DNA of 64,000 nt from an uncultured Acidimicrobiales bacterium (lineage in GTDB: Bacteria > Actinomycetota > Acidimicrobiia > Acidimicrobiales > Aldehydirespiratoraceae). Both the position numbers and the translations under genes were made by a program. Numbering within the stretch: the first letter of the stretch is position 1; every line of letters begins with the position of its first letter. Under the pieces are notes generated by a model that saw only the letters and a list, made by a program, of their open reading frames with translations, was not told where the DNA came from and did no database searches. The stretch covers positions 6,233 to 70,232 of the forward strand of contig CAJQPN010000017.1 in assembly GCA_905480195.1 (NCBI GenBank). Direction: 5' to 3'. This document shows, piece after piece, positions 19,018 to 28,462 of the stretch.

Positions 19018-19101
19018 CGCTTACCCTTCGCCGCCACGCCGTGGTGACGCTAGCAGGCAGTTCTTGCCCCCCCAGGGGGCCGCCCCCCCCGAACCTGCCG
19101 T

Positions 19102-19680
19102 TCACGGAAGATGGTCGAGGTGGGCGATTTCGTTGAATGACCGTAGAGACGGGTTGGGGCCGTTCGTCGCGATCCGCAAGATCGATGCTTGCTGCACAAA
19201 GCATCGCCACGAGATATCGATCGACACGCCGAGTCCCCAGGCCGCTGCTGCCTTGATCGGCGAAACATGGCTTACGAGGACGACGTCACGCTGGGCAGCT
19301 TCATCGGCTAGTTCATCGAGCAACTCCCACACCCGAGCAGCAAGTTGGTCGTGGCTTTCGCCACCAGGTGGTGCCCAAGAGTTGTCGTTGCGCCATTCGG
19401 CCCAGGTCTGCGGCGCCACCTCTTTGACCGGCACGCCCTCGAGTTCGCCGTAGTCGATCTCGAGGAGCCGATCGTCGGTCTCGTGGTCGGCGTCGATTGC
19501 ATCAGCTGTCTGGCGGCACCGCAGGAGCGGACTCGAGATGATCCTTGCACCCTTTGGAAGCGCCTCGGCGATCGCCGCAGCCTGCTCGCGGCCGAGATCA
19601 TCAAGTCCGGGATCGCGACGGCCAAGGAGCTGGCCGGCAGCGTTGGCAGGCGTCCGACCGTGACGAGCGACAATGAGCAT
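19102..19680 (-). CDS. Histidine phosphatase family protein
   Basis: ARHGRT, SSPLLRCRQTA, EIDYGE, GGES, VSHVSPIK. Confidence 0.9.
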   Translation of the reverse strand: MLIVARHGRTPANAAGQLLGRRDPGLDDLGREQAAAIAEALPKGARIISSPLLRCRQTADAIDADHETDDRLLEIDYGELEGVPVKEVAPQTWAEWRNDNSWAPPGGESHDQLAARVWELLDELADEAAQRDVVLVSHVSPIKAAAAWGLGVSIDISWRCFVQQASILRIATNGPNPSLRSFNEIAHLDHLP

Positions 19681-20168
19681 CAGCGGAGCCGATCGGATGG
19701 AACTCGACCAGTACGAACGAATGCCCGCCGATTGGCTGGATCATCGAAGCCGAGTCGGCGGGCGAGAACGAACGCAGCAACGATCGCCGCGAGTTCCAGC
19801 GCCACAAGAACGCTCAGCGGTCGGTCGTACTCGGGCAGTGGACGCTCGGCGATACCGTCCAACCCTGCGAAGGGCCACCAGAACAGCTCGGTGCGGGCCC
19901 ACACACCGGCGACGATCAAGAACACGAAGCTTCCGATCGGAACACCGAGCCAGCGGCGCCGCACCAGTCGACGGCCGACGGTGAGCACCATGACGATGCC
20001 CATGAGCAGCACCGGGCCAAGAAGGGTGTGCAGCAGCAGGGGTCGAAGCGTCAGCGCTTCGACCAGCGGCAAGACACCGCCGAGTGCCACCCATCGGTAG
20101 TCGACTGCCGGGGAGTCGAACACGAACAAGACGACACCCATCGCGGCGACCGCGAAGAACACGAACAC
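19680..20168 (-). CDS. Hypothetical membrane protein
   Basis: Hydrophobic, with DYRWVALG, HTLL and FWWPF; embedded in the operon. Confidence 0.7.
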   Translation of the reverse strand: MFVFFAVAAMGVVLFVFDSPAVDYRWVALGGVLPLVEALTLRPLLLHTLLGPVLLMGIVMVLTVGRRLVRRRWLGVPIGSFVFLIVAGVWARTELFWWPFAGLDGIAERPLPEYDRPLSVLVALELAAIVAAFVLARRLGFDDPANRRAFVRTGRVPSDRLR

Positions 20169-20169
20169 G

Positions 20170-20877
20170 TCAGCGAAGGACGATCCGGCCGCACTCGCTG
20201 CACGACACAGGATCGGTTCCGTCGAGGTGCTTCAGTCGATCGACTTCCATCGCGGGCATGATCGAGGGGCAGCCCACGCAACGCGAGCCGTTGAACTGCA
20301 CGGCGGTGGCGGCGCCGAATGCCGGACGAAGCCGTTCGTACTCTGCCAGTAGGGCATCGTCGACTTCGCCGACCCTGGCCGAACGGTCGGCGACCACCTG
20401 TTCGAGTTCGGCGTCGATCTCGGCTTCGAGGGCACCGATCTCGGCTTGCAGCGCCGAGACTCGCTGATCGGCGCTCTCTCGCGCGGCTTCGAGTTCAGCG
20501 ATCTGCACTGCGAGCACTTCGGCCTCTTCCATTGCTTCGAGCGCTTCATCTTCGAAGCCACTCTGCCGTTTGCGCAGCGTGGCAATCTCGTGCTGCAGCG
20601 CCTCGAGTTCCTTCAGGCCCTTTACATCTCCACCGTAAAGCTTCGCCTCGTCTGTATCAGCCCGGTCAGAAACGATCTGCGCTTCGTTTTCGAGTCGTCG
20701 CTGACGGTTTGCCACATCGACGCGAACCACTGCCACCTTGTCGATCTGGTCCTGCTCGGCTCGCTGGTCGGAGAGCGCCTGCTCGAGCGCGGCTCGCTCC
20801 TGCAAGTTGTCCCGCCGATGCCGAAGCTGATCGGCAGCAACGTCGAGGTGCTGGATGTCGAGGAGGGCGTTGGTCAT
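20170..20877 (-). CDS. Coiled-coil + C4 zinc-ribbon protein (DUF164/Rv2229c-like)
   Basis: Long coiled coil, YERLR, CVGC and CSECGRIVL. Confidence 0.88.
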   Translation of the reverse strand: MTNALLDIQHLDVAADQLRHRRDNLQERAALEQALSDQRAEQDQIDKVAVVRVDVANRQRRLENEAQIVSDRADTDEAKLYGGDVKGLKELEALQHEIATLRKRQSGFEDEALEAMEEAEVLAVQIAELEAARESADQRVSALQAEIGALEAEIDAELEQVVADRSARVGEVDDALLAEYERLRPAFGAATAVQFNGSRCVGCPSIMPAMEVDRLKHLDGTDPVSCSECGRIVLR

Positions 20878-21338
20878 TCGTCGAGAGTCTGCGTCGTGGT
20901 GATGAAGGAGGACGACAACAAGAGAACCGTAGTGGTCCTCAGCGCTCGAGAACCTTCTTGCTCACCGTCTTCGTCCAAATCTATGGGCTCGAACAAAGCT
21001 GGGCACCCCCGACATCCTCGTTACCTGGGCTGCAGAGGCTTTCGATCAGGTCGTTGTCGTCGTCTTTTTCTTGCTCGTTCAGATCCGTTCACCCTGAACG
21101 CCGTGGTTGGTGAACGAGGTAGAGGCCGGGGCCATTTCGATTGGAGTGAGACCTTGCGGGCGAATCAGCATCGAGATCGCCACATTGGACAAGCCCACGG
21201 CGAGACCGAGGCGAACACGTGAACAGTTCGAGGAGGTGCTCCGGACCCACCAACACTGCGGACGACCCCAGGGGCCACTCCCCCTGCTCAGGGCCGCCTG
21301 CGGCGACGACTTCGCCTCGGCCGTGACACGATGCAATC

Positions 21339-22214
21339 GTGACAACGATCGGCATCATCGGAGGCGGTAGGGCCGCCACCCTCCACGCTGATGCTGCGCT
21401 GCAGATGCGCAGAATCGACCTGATCGGTGTTGGGGGCCGGCCAGGCTCCGCCGATCGCCTCGCTTCGGATGCAGGGGTCTCGAACTTGGCACTGCCGTTA
21501 CTGTGTGAGGCAGACCTCGTGGTTATCGCCGTTCCGCCCTCGGAGGTCAGTGACGTTGCTGGCCTTGTTGCGAACGAGATTCTTCGCGGGTCACCGGTCC
21601 GTGCGGTGATGATCGAGCCGCCGCTGCGCTCCCTCCCCGTCCTGTCGGTCCCCACTGTTCTTGCGGCCAACCTGCTCCATGCGCCCGTCGTCAAGCAGGC
21701 ACTGCGAGCCATTGCAGCGATGCAGGCACCACATCACCTGCAACTCCGAGTTCGCCAGCCTGCGCCGACTTGGGGTGCCCACGGCACGCCGGCGTTCGGT
21801 GGCCCCCTTCACGACCCAGGAATCAGGCTTGCGCCCCTGCTGCTCGCAGCAGCGGCCGAGACTGCGGTGCACGTCGAACAGGTCGAGATCGGGGGTGGTG
21901 TCCACGCAGCGATCGAGCTCGAATCCGGTCGTCGTGTCGGCCTCGATGTCGCATGGACCGAGGGACCGGCGCAGATCGAGCTCGAGGTCGCCGACGATGG
22001 CGGGGTGATTCTGCTCACGCTCGATCCTTTCCCCCACCTCGAAATCGACGGTCGCCACATCGAGCCACCCGATCTCCACCCGCTCGATGCGCTCGGCTTC
22101 GTCGGCCAACTCGACCGACTCAGCCGTACTGCCGACGGAGCCGACCCGTGGCCCTCGACTGCGACCGGCCTAGCGATCGAAGCGCTGTTTGACCTTGCGG
22201 CCAACGGTCCTTGA
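21339..22214 (+). CDS. Gfo/Idh/MocA-like oxidoreductase (divergent)
   Basis: Rossmann motif IGIIGGG, DLVVIAVPP, NLLHAP, FGGPLHDPG; EKP motif reads EPP. Confidence 0.6.
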   Translation: MTTIGIIGGGRAATLHADAALQMRRIDLIGVGGRPGSADRLASDAGVSNLALPLLCEADLVVIAVPPSEVSDVAGLVANEILRGSPVRAVMIEPPLRSLPVLSVPTVLAANLLHAPVVKQALRAIAAMQAPHHLQLRVRQPAPTWGAHGTPAFGGPLHDPGIRLAPLLLAAAAETAVHVEQVEIGGGVHAAIELESGRRVGLDVAWTEGPAQIELEVADDGGVILLTLDPFPHLEIDGRHIEPPDLHPLDALGFVGQLDRLSRTADGADPWPSTATGLAIEALFDLAANGP

Positions 22215-22221
22215 ACGTTGA

Positions 22222-22253
22222 TTGAACACGTGCAATTATCTTTACGTGTTAAA
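22222..22253. promoter_or_regulatory. Inverted repeat, probable TetR operator
   Basis: TTGAACACGT-N12-ACGTGTTAAA (9/10 palindromic) in an AT-rich patch about 30 nt upstream of the TetR start. Confidence 0.6.
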
Positions 22254-22284
22254 GGTTGTGCCGACAACGATCCGCGAACGCGGC

Positions 22285-22911
22285 ATGAACGAACGCCGCG
22301 AACGCATCGTCGACGCTGCCGCCAACCTGGTCAGCAAAGGAGACGTCAGCGCGCTCACCATGCGCGCCCTCTCCGACGTCGCCGGTGTCAGTGTGCCAAC
22401 CGTCTACAACCTCATCGGGGGCCGAGATGACGTACTCGTCGCCATCTGGGAACGGGCCGGCGAGGCAATCGAATCCGAGTTAGCCGCCCTCAGCGGTGAA
22501 CCCATCGAGCGTTGCTTCCAGATCGCCGATCACTGCATCGCTCGGGTCACCGCCCCAACAAGCCTCATCCGCTCGATCTATGCCGAAGGACTCGGACCAG
22601 TGTTGTTCGCTTCGGACGCGGGGCCACTGCGCCGGTACGGCATGGCGACCGGTCTTGCGATTCTCGAAGCCACTGAGTGCGGAGACCTCGAGCCGGTCAC
22701 TAGCGCACAACTCCTCGTCGAGTCGCTGATGAGCCAACTCATCGTGCGTATCGCCCAATGGGTCTCAGCAGATCCGCCGCCCGATCCTGCCTACCCCCGC
22801 GCCGAGGCCGCGCATGCGGTTGCGCTGACCTTGATCGCGGTATCGACCGAGCAAACCCGACCGGACCTACTCCACCGCCTGAACACGGCACGAACCACTC
22901 TTAGCCACTGA
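22285..22911 (+). CDS. TetR/AcrR family transcriptional regulator
   Basis: HTH RERIVDAA..LTMRALSDVAGVSVPTVYNLIGGR. Confidence 0.88.
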   Translation: MNERRERIVDAAANLVSKGDVSALTMRALSDVAGVSVPTVYNLIGGRDDVLVAIWERAGEAIESELAALSGEPIERCFQIADHCIARVTAPTSLIRSIYAEGLGPVLFASDAGPLRRYGMATGLAILEATECGDLEPVTSAQLLVESLMSQLIVRIAQWVSADPPPDPAYPRAEAAHAVALTLIAVSTEQTRPDLLHRLNTARTTLSH

Positions 22912-23046
22912 ACCTTTCCTCCGAGGACTTCCATGACCCGAACCAACATCAATCGCCCTTCGAGCTCGCCCAACCCCAGAAGAAAAACTGGGCCGCGCAC
23001 GACGGCCTTCCCCCACGTCTGCGAGAAAAGTGAGGGTCGAATTCCT

Positions 23047-23739
23047 GTGCGCGTCGTGATCGCCATACTTGCGATCTCGTTGTTTGTCGCAGCGTGCGGA
23101 GGTGGCGATTCTGACGAAGCCGGGGCGGGTGCGGTCATCATTCGCGACATCAGCGTCGACACGGTCGACGGGACCGATGTCACCGCGAACGAACCAGCGG
23201 ACGGCACCAGTGTGGGCTCCGATGACGGCGATGACCAGGGCTCGGATGAAAGCGATAGCGACGACGAGCAGCCGACCGCGACGACCCTCCCCCAGGCCGA
23301 CGTTGCCTCACCCCAAGAGGATCTGTTCGCAGCAGTAGAGGTCTTCCAGAGCTGCATGACCGCTGAGGGCATCGACTTCATTGGAGCACCCGATGCAAGC
23401 CTTGGCGCTGACGCGCCGCAAAATCAGCAGCCCTACATCGATTCGTTGATCCGGTGTGCGACCCGCAGCGACATCCAGAACAAAATTGCTGCCGCACAAG
23501 CCGCACAAGCTGACCTCACGCCCGAAGAGATCGAAACCCAGAATCGAAGCTTCCTGCTGTTTCGCGACTGCATGATCGGGCGTGGCTGGTTTATTCCGGA
23601 TCCGATTCCGGACGACACCGGGTTACTCTTCAGCCTCGCTCAGACCAGTGAATGGGAACCGCCAGCCGGTGAGCAGCTGATCGACTCCGACGATGTCGCG
23701 GCGTGCCAGGACGAAGTCGCCGCAAACGAGGACTCGTGA
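23047..23739 (+). CDS. Lipoprotein accessory of the ABC transporter
   Basis: Lipobox LFVAAC, acidic linker, two repeated units (FQSCMTAEGI and FRDCMIGRGW). Confidence 0.75.
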   Translation: MRVVIAILAISLFVAACGGGDSDEAGAGAVIIRDISVDTVDGTDVTANEPADGTSVGSDDGDDQGSDESDSDDEQPTATTLPQADVASPQEDLFAAVEVFQSCMTAEGIDFIGAPDASLGADAPQNQQPYIDSLIRCATRSDIQNKIAAAQAAQADLTPEEIETQNRSFLLFRDCMIGRGWFIPDPIPDDTGLLFSLAQTSEWEPPAGEQLIDSDDVAACQDEVAANEDS

Positions 23740-23741
23740 CC

Positions 23742-25937
23742 ATGGGACGACTCACTCGCGCTCAGACGATGGGGATATTCATCCTCGTTATCATCATCGC
23801 CGGGCTCGTGATGGTCTGGCAGTGGACCAGTGACGAGGACGCCGACCCGAGCAGCGAGATCGAACTGCTCGTCGACACGGTCGGACGTCAAACGCTGCGT
23901 GACGAGCTCACACTCAACGGCGAACTCCGCCGCGACGAACTCCAGTCGATCAACTCGCCGTTCAACGGCCGCGTAAGCCAGGTCGCAACCGAAGATGGCG
24001 ACGAGATTGCAGCCGGAGACGTCATCTTCGCTCTGGACGGCCGCCCGGCAGTCGCCGCAAATGGCGAATTCTCGTTTTATCGAACGCTCGACGTCGGATC
24101 CGATGGCCCCGACGTCTTCCAACTTGAACAGATTCTCGACAGCGCAGGATACGACCCGGGCCTCGTCGACGGTCTCTACACCGAGGACACGCGCCGGGCG
24201 CTCCGGCAGTGGCAGGTCGACTACGGCTACGGCGGGGCCACGCCCGAACCCGAAGAGACGATCGTCATCACCTTGACGAACGGGAACGGGTACACGGTCG
24301 GGAACAAGGACTCGAAGGCGATTCGAATCGGCCCATCCGTGCCGAGCGATCTGTCTGGGGCAGCTGACGGCAATCTGCCAAGCACCGCAATGGCCGTCGT
24401 GCCGGCGCAAACATCGCGCCCTGCGATCGGGGTCGCGCTCGCCGAGGACACCGTGGCCGAGGGCAACACGCTCGACATTACCCTGACGGCCAACCCGGCC
24501 CCCGACGCCGATACCCAGGTCAACCTGATTTTTGGTGGTGACGCAACCGGTGGCAGCAGCGAAGACATTTCAGACCCAGACGTCGACGTCGACTACCTCA
24601 ACGAGGCATTGGAAGACACCCCGATTCTTTGGCCGGCAGGTGAGACCTCATTCACCCTCTCCCTCGAGGTTCTCGCCGACGACCTCGACGAAGACGATGA
24701 AATCTGGACGGTCTCTATCGCTCCCGACAACGCCGCTGGCACCAACTACAGCATCGCCCCAATCAATACCATGGCGGTCACCATCGTCGATTCGACGCCG
24801 AGCCGGATCCCAGTCTTGTCCGTGATGGTCGACGACAGAGACGAACAGGTCGAGGAGGGCGAGGACGCCATCTTCACGATCACCGCCGACGACGAACTCA
24901 GCCGCGATGCGGAGGTTCGCTTCACGCTGATTGGCTCTGCCCAGGAGGGCGAGGACTACCCCGACCAAGACGACGACACGAGCATCGTCTTCCCCGCCGG
25001 CGAAATCGAGATCACGGTGCGGATTCCGACGCTCCAAGACGATCGAATCGAACCGAGCGAGAACCTCGTCTTCCAGCTGAAGCCCGCACTCGGCGACGAG
25101 TACTCGACTGCCGACCCGACTACCGCAACCATCACCATCCAAGACGAGGACGATCCCGAACTCACCATCGTCGGGAGCGAAATCACTGTGCCCGAAGGGG
25201 GTGCCGTGGTGGTCACCATTCGCGCCGACGAGGCGCCAAGCCGTGATATCTCAGTCGACTATCAGGTCGGAGGTACCGCCACGATGGGCGTCGACTTCCA
25301 GGTCCTCACCGGCACGGTCACGTTCCCGGCGGGCCGAACCGAGGTTGACCTCGTCATCAACACGATCGACGACGACGTCTTCTTCGTTCCCAGCGACATG
25401 ATCATCGCCGATTGGCCAGCTCGGGTCGGCACCGTCTTTGTCGACGAGGGACAGACCGTGCAGCTCGGCCAGACGCTGCTGAACCTCACGGAGCCGGAGT
25501 TCACGATCAATCTGATCGCGAGCCCAAGCGACCGGTCGAAGTTGGTGCTCGGCCAAGCCGTGACGGTCGAAATCGAGGCTGGCGATCAGAACGTCACTGG
25601 CACCATCACTGAACTTGACGACGCCGCGACCATCACTGACACCGGAACCGAACGCTACGAAGGGGTGGTCGAAGCCGACGGCGAACTGTTCGCAGTCGAA
25701 GGAGCGACGGTGAGAATCGAGGTCGTGCTCGATGAACGGGTCGACGCGATCGTTGTTCCACGAGCGGCGATCTACCAGAACGCAACGGGCGAGACGGTCA
25801 TTCGGGTGATCGACCTCGACACCGGGGTACAGACTGAGGTCATCATCGAGACCGGCATTCAAGAGGGTTCCTTCACCGAAGTCGTCCGAGGCCTCGCCGG
25901 TGGCGAGAAGATCGTGGTGGATGTCACCGGCGGATGA
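23742..25937 (+). CDS. Membrane-fusion/adaptor protein with a peptidoglycan-binding domain and Calx-beta-like repeats
   Basis: N-terminal TM; lipoyl half (SPFNGRV..EDGD); PG-binding domain (GSDGPDVFQLEQIL..DGLYTEDTRRALRQWQ); three repeats of V.EG...G.AT.G.DY..(W/F)PAG...DD; MFP C-terminus (IVVPRAAI..TG..EVVRGL.GGEKIV). Confidence 0.8.
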   Translation: MGRLTRAQTMGIFILVIIIAGLVMVWQWTSDEDADPSSEIELLVDTVGRQTLRDELTLNGELRRDELQSINSPFNGRVSQVATEDGDEIAAGDVIFALDGRPAVAANGEFSFYRTLDVGSDGPDVFQLEQILDSAGYDPGLVDGLYTEDTRRALRQWQVDYGYGGATPEPEETIVITLTNGNGYTVGNKDSKAIRIGPSVPSDLSGAADGNLPSTAMAVVPAQTSRPAIGVALAEDTVAEGNTLDITLTANPAPDADTQVNLIFGGDATGGSSEDISDPDVDVDYLNEALEDTPILWPAGETSFTLSLEVLADDLDEDDEIWTVSIAPDNAAGTNYSIAPINTMAVTIVDSTPSRIPVLSVMVDDRDEQVEEGEDAIFTITADDELSRDAEVRFTLIGSAQEGEDYPDQDDDTSIVFPAGEIEITVRIPTLQDDRIEPSENLVFQLKPALGDEYSTADPTTATITIQDEDDPELTIVGSEITVPEGGAVVVTIRADEAPSRDISVDYQVGGTATMGVDFQVLTGTVTFPAGRTEVDLVINTIDDDVFFVPSDMIIADWPARVGTVFVDEGQTVQLGQTLLNLTEPEFTINLIASPSDRSKLVLGQAVTVEIEAGDQNVTGTITELDDAATITDTGTERYEGVVEADGELFAVEGATVRIEVVLDERVDAIVVPRAAIYQNATGETVIRVIDLDTGVQTEVIIETGIQEGSFTEVVRGLAGGEKIVVDVTGG

Positions 25938-26668
25938 CCGACGCCCCGCTCCTGCGCCTTACGAACGTCTCCCGCATTTATGGCGAGGAGGTGAAGGTCC
26001 ACGCGCTCAATGAGGTGTCGCTCACGATCGAGACGGGCGAGTTCATCTCGATCGTTGGCCCGTCGGGCTCCGGCAAGTCGACGATGCTCGGCTTGTTGGG
26101 CCTCCTCGACCTCCCGTCGCTGGGCACCCTCGAGGTCACGGGTACGTCGGTGAGCGACCTGTCAGACGGGATCCGGTCAGCGCTTCGCGGCGACGTAGTC
26201 GGGTTCATCTTCCAGCAGTTCCACCTGATCCCTCACCTCGACGCCCGTCGAAACGTCGAGACCGCGCTCCTCTACCGAGGACTCACCACTCGCCAACGTC
26301 GCGAAAAGGCGATGACCGCGCTCGATGCCGTCGGCTTGGCCCCCCGCCACGAGCACCGCCCGGTGCAACTGTCGGGCGGAGAGCAACAACGCTGTGCGAT
26401 CGCCCGCGCGATCGTGACCGAACCGCAGTTGCTCCTCGCCGATGAGCCCACCGGGGCCCTCGACAGCACGAACGCTGCGAATGTCATGGAAATCTTCCGC
26501 AAGCTCAACGATGGTTCGCGTGCAATCGCCATCGTCACCCACGACCCGGCTGTTGCTGCTTCTGCAGACCGGCGGGTGTCGATGCGAGACGGCAAGATCG
26601 TTGCCGACGAGCGCCTGAGCGGCGGCCAAGTCATCTCGTCGTTCGGCGGAACGCTGGGAACGTCGTGA
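25934..26668 (+). CDS. ABC transporter ATP-binding protein (MacB/LolD type)
   Basis: GPSGSGKST, LSGGEQQR, LLLADEPTGALD, VTHD. Confidence 0.95.
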   Translation: MTDAPLLRLTNVSRIYGEEVKVHALNEVSLTIETGEFISIVGPSGSGKSTMLGLLGLLDLPSLGTLEVTGTSVSDLSDGIRSALRGDVVGFIFQQFHLIPHLDARRNVETALLYRGLTTRQRREKAMTALDAVGLAPRHEHRPVQLSGGEQQRCAIARAIVTEPQLLLADEPTGALDSTNAANVMEIFRKLNDGSRAIAIVTHDPAVAASADRRVSMRDGKIVADERLSGGQVISSFGGTLGTS

Positions 26669-27894
26669 GGAGTATCCGTGATCTCGTCGGCGTCGCCGTC
26701 AGCGGCCTCACCGCCCGCTGGAGTCGCACACTCCTGATCATGCTCGGACCGATCATCGGTGTCAGCGCAATCGTTGCAGCAGTCGGCCTCACCGAGTCGG
26801 CGAAGGGTGACCTCCAGGCAACCCTTGCCGCGCTGGGCGACAACCTCATTCGGGGCGAAGCATCAGGTTCGTTTGGTTCAGAACCGGCCTACCCAGAAAA
26901 TGTCGTCGAGCGCGTCGCCAAGTTGGCCACGGTCGAAGGGGCCACGGCAACCAAGACGGTTTCTGGAGTAATCACCTCGCCATACGAGGCGGCCGAGAAC
27001 TACTACACCGCCTTCCCGACCCCGGTCCTGACTGCTGACGAGCACTTTCTCGAGGTGATGCAGGTCGACCTCGTGACCGGACGTTGGCTCAACGATTTCG
27101 ATCAGCAAACTGCGGCACGGTCCGCCGTGGTCGGCATCGGCCTCGCAGACGAGTTCGGATTCCGGATCGGACAGCGCACGATCCGTCTCAACGGCATCGA
27201 CTACGGCATCGTCGGTGTCGTGGAGAGCTATCCACTCGATTCAGTTTTTGACAATGCGGTGATCATCCCGGCCACGACCGCCGACCGGGACTTCGCCGTC
27301 GGACTCGAGCCCGACACCGTCTACGTGCGGTCCAACCCGGGCGAGACCCAACTCACCGCGGAGATCATGGGCACCGCTATCAACCTCGGTGACAGTGGGG
27401 CAACTGCAACCACGATCCTGAGCGATGCACTCGAAGCCGAAGCGGCCGCCGACAGCACCCTTCAGATCATCGTTGCCGCAATGGGGCTGCTAGCGCTGAT
27501 CGTGGGTGGTGTCGGTATTGCAAACGTGATGTCGATCTCGGTGATACAGCGTTCTTCCGAGATCGGTATCCGCCGAGCGCTTGGACACCACCGATCACTT
27601 CTTGCCTGGCAGTTCCTGCTCGAGTCGGTCGCGGTCGGCCTGATGGGCGGCCTCCTTGGCGCCCTGTTCGGCGTTGGCATCGTGGTCTTCGCCAGCCGAA
27701 TCGCAGGCTGGGTCTACGTACTCGCTCCAGAACTCGACCTTTTTGGCGTCGCGCTGCCGTCGCACTACCTCGGCGTGCCGACGCTCTACCTGATCGGCGT
27801 CGGAGCAGCGCTCGGCACCAGCGTATTCGCCGGCCTCTATCCAAGCGTCAAGGCCGCCCGACTTGAGCCCCTCGAGACCCTGCGACTCGGTTAG
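26665..27894 (+). CDS. ABC transporter permease (MacB/FtsX type)
   Basis: LIVGGVGIANVM, EIGIRRALG, QFLLES, GLYPSVKAARLEP. Confidence 0.92.
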   Translation: MRSIRDLVGVAVSGLTARWSRTLLIMLGPIIGVSAIVAAVGLTESAKGDLQATLAALGDNLIRGEASGSFGSEPAYPENVVERVAKLATVEGATATKTVSGVITSPYEAAENYYTAFPTPVLTADEHFLEVMQVDLVTGRWLNDFDQQTAARSAVVGIGLADEFGFRIGQRTIRLNGIDYGIVGVVESYPLDSVFDNAVIIPATTADRDFAVGLEPDTVYVRSNPGETQLTAEIMGTAINLGDSGATATTILSDALEAEAAADSTLQIIVAAMGLLALIVGGVGIANVMSISVIQRSSEIGIRRALGHHRSLLAWQFLLESVAVGLMGGLLGALFGVGIVVFASRIAGWVYVLAPELDLFGVALPSHYLGVPTLYLIGVGAALGTSVFAGLYPSVKAARLEPLETLRLG

Positions 27895-27897
27895 CCA

Positions 27898-28353
27898 CTA
27901 CAACTTCGTGTGGTCCCAGCTAATTGTGTTGATCGGCTCGACAATCACTGCAGTCCGCTTCGATGCCATGTGCTCTGCAGCCTGCTCCAAGAGTTCGAGC
28001 GGAATCTCGGGCTGGTTGCGGGTCAGCACCTCGAGTGCGAGCGGGTGAACTGCGGCAGGATCATCGACGAGGGTGGCTGTGCCCTTGATCATCACACCTC
28101 GAAGCTGCTCATACACGAGGCCGTCCTCAGCCAGCACCGTGATGCGGGGATCGCGTCGCAGATTGAGAACCTTCTGGCTCTTCGTGTACGTCTCGAACAC
28201 GATCTTGCCGTCGACCATTGCGAACCAAAGCGTCGACAGGTGGATACTTCCGTCCTGGCTGAGTGTCCCGACCTGCAAGCTCTTCTGAGCTCCCAAAAAC
28301 TCGACGAGTTCGTCGCCGGTCATCCGGATGGCGTCACGTCGGTTGTTGCTCAC
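27898..28353 (-). CDS. PPOX-class (pyridoxamine 5'-phosphate oxidase-like) probable F420-dependent enzyme
   Basis: DGSIHLSTLWF, KSQKVLNLRRDPR, YEQLRGV, SWDHTKL. Confidence 0.85.
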   Translation of the reverse strand: MSNNRRDAIRMTGDELVEFLGAQKSLQVGTLSQDGSIHLSTLWFAMVDGKIVFETYTKSQKVLNLRRDPRITVLAEDGLVYEQLRGVMIKGTATLVDDPAAVHPLALEVLTRNQPEIPLELLEQAAEHMASKRTAVIVEPINTISWDHTKL

Positions 28354-28462
28354 GTCGGACCTCCTGGTTTCACTCGACGCTAGAGCATCTCAATGCCGGT
28401 GGTGAATGCTGAAGAGGTACTGGATTAGGCGGCAGACGTTGGCTTCGCGAGAATCTCCAGCC

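Noticed and set aside
21212-21230. GAAC-containing sequence resembling an SOS box
   Set aside because: Spacing and orientation do not fit GAAC-N4-GTTC.
22933-23046. Upstream ATG with GAGGA RBS extending the lipoprotein
   Set aside because: It would put 38 polar residues before the signal peptide; GTG 23047 fits better. It may be the stump of a deleted gene, but I cannot support that.
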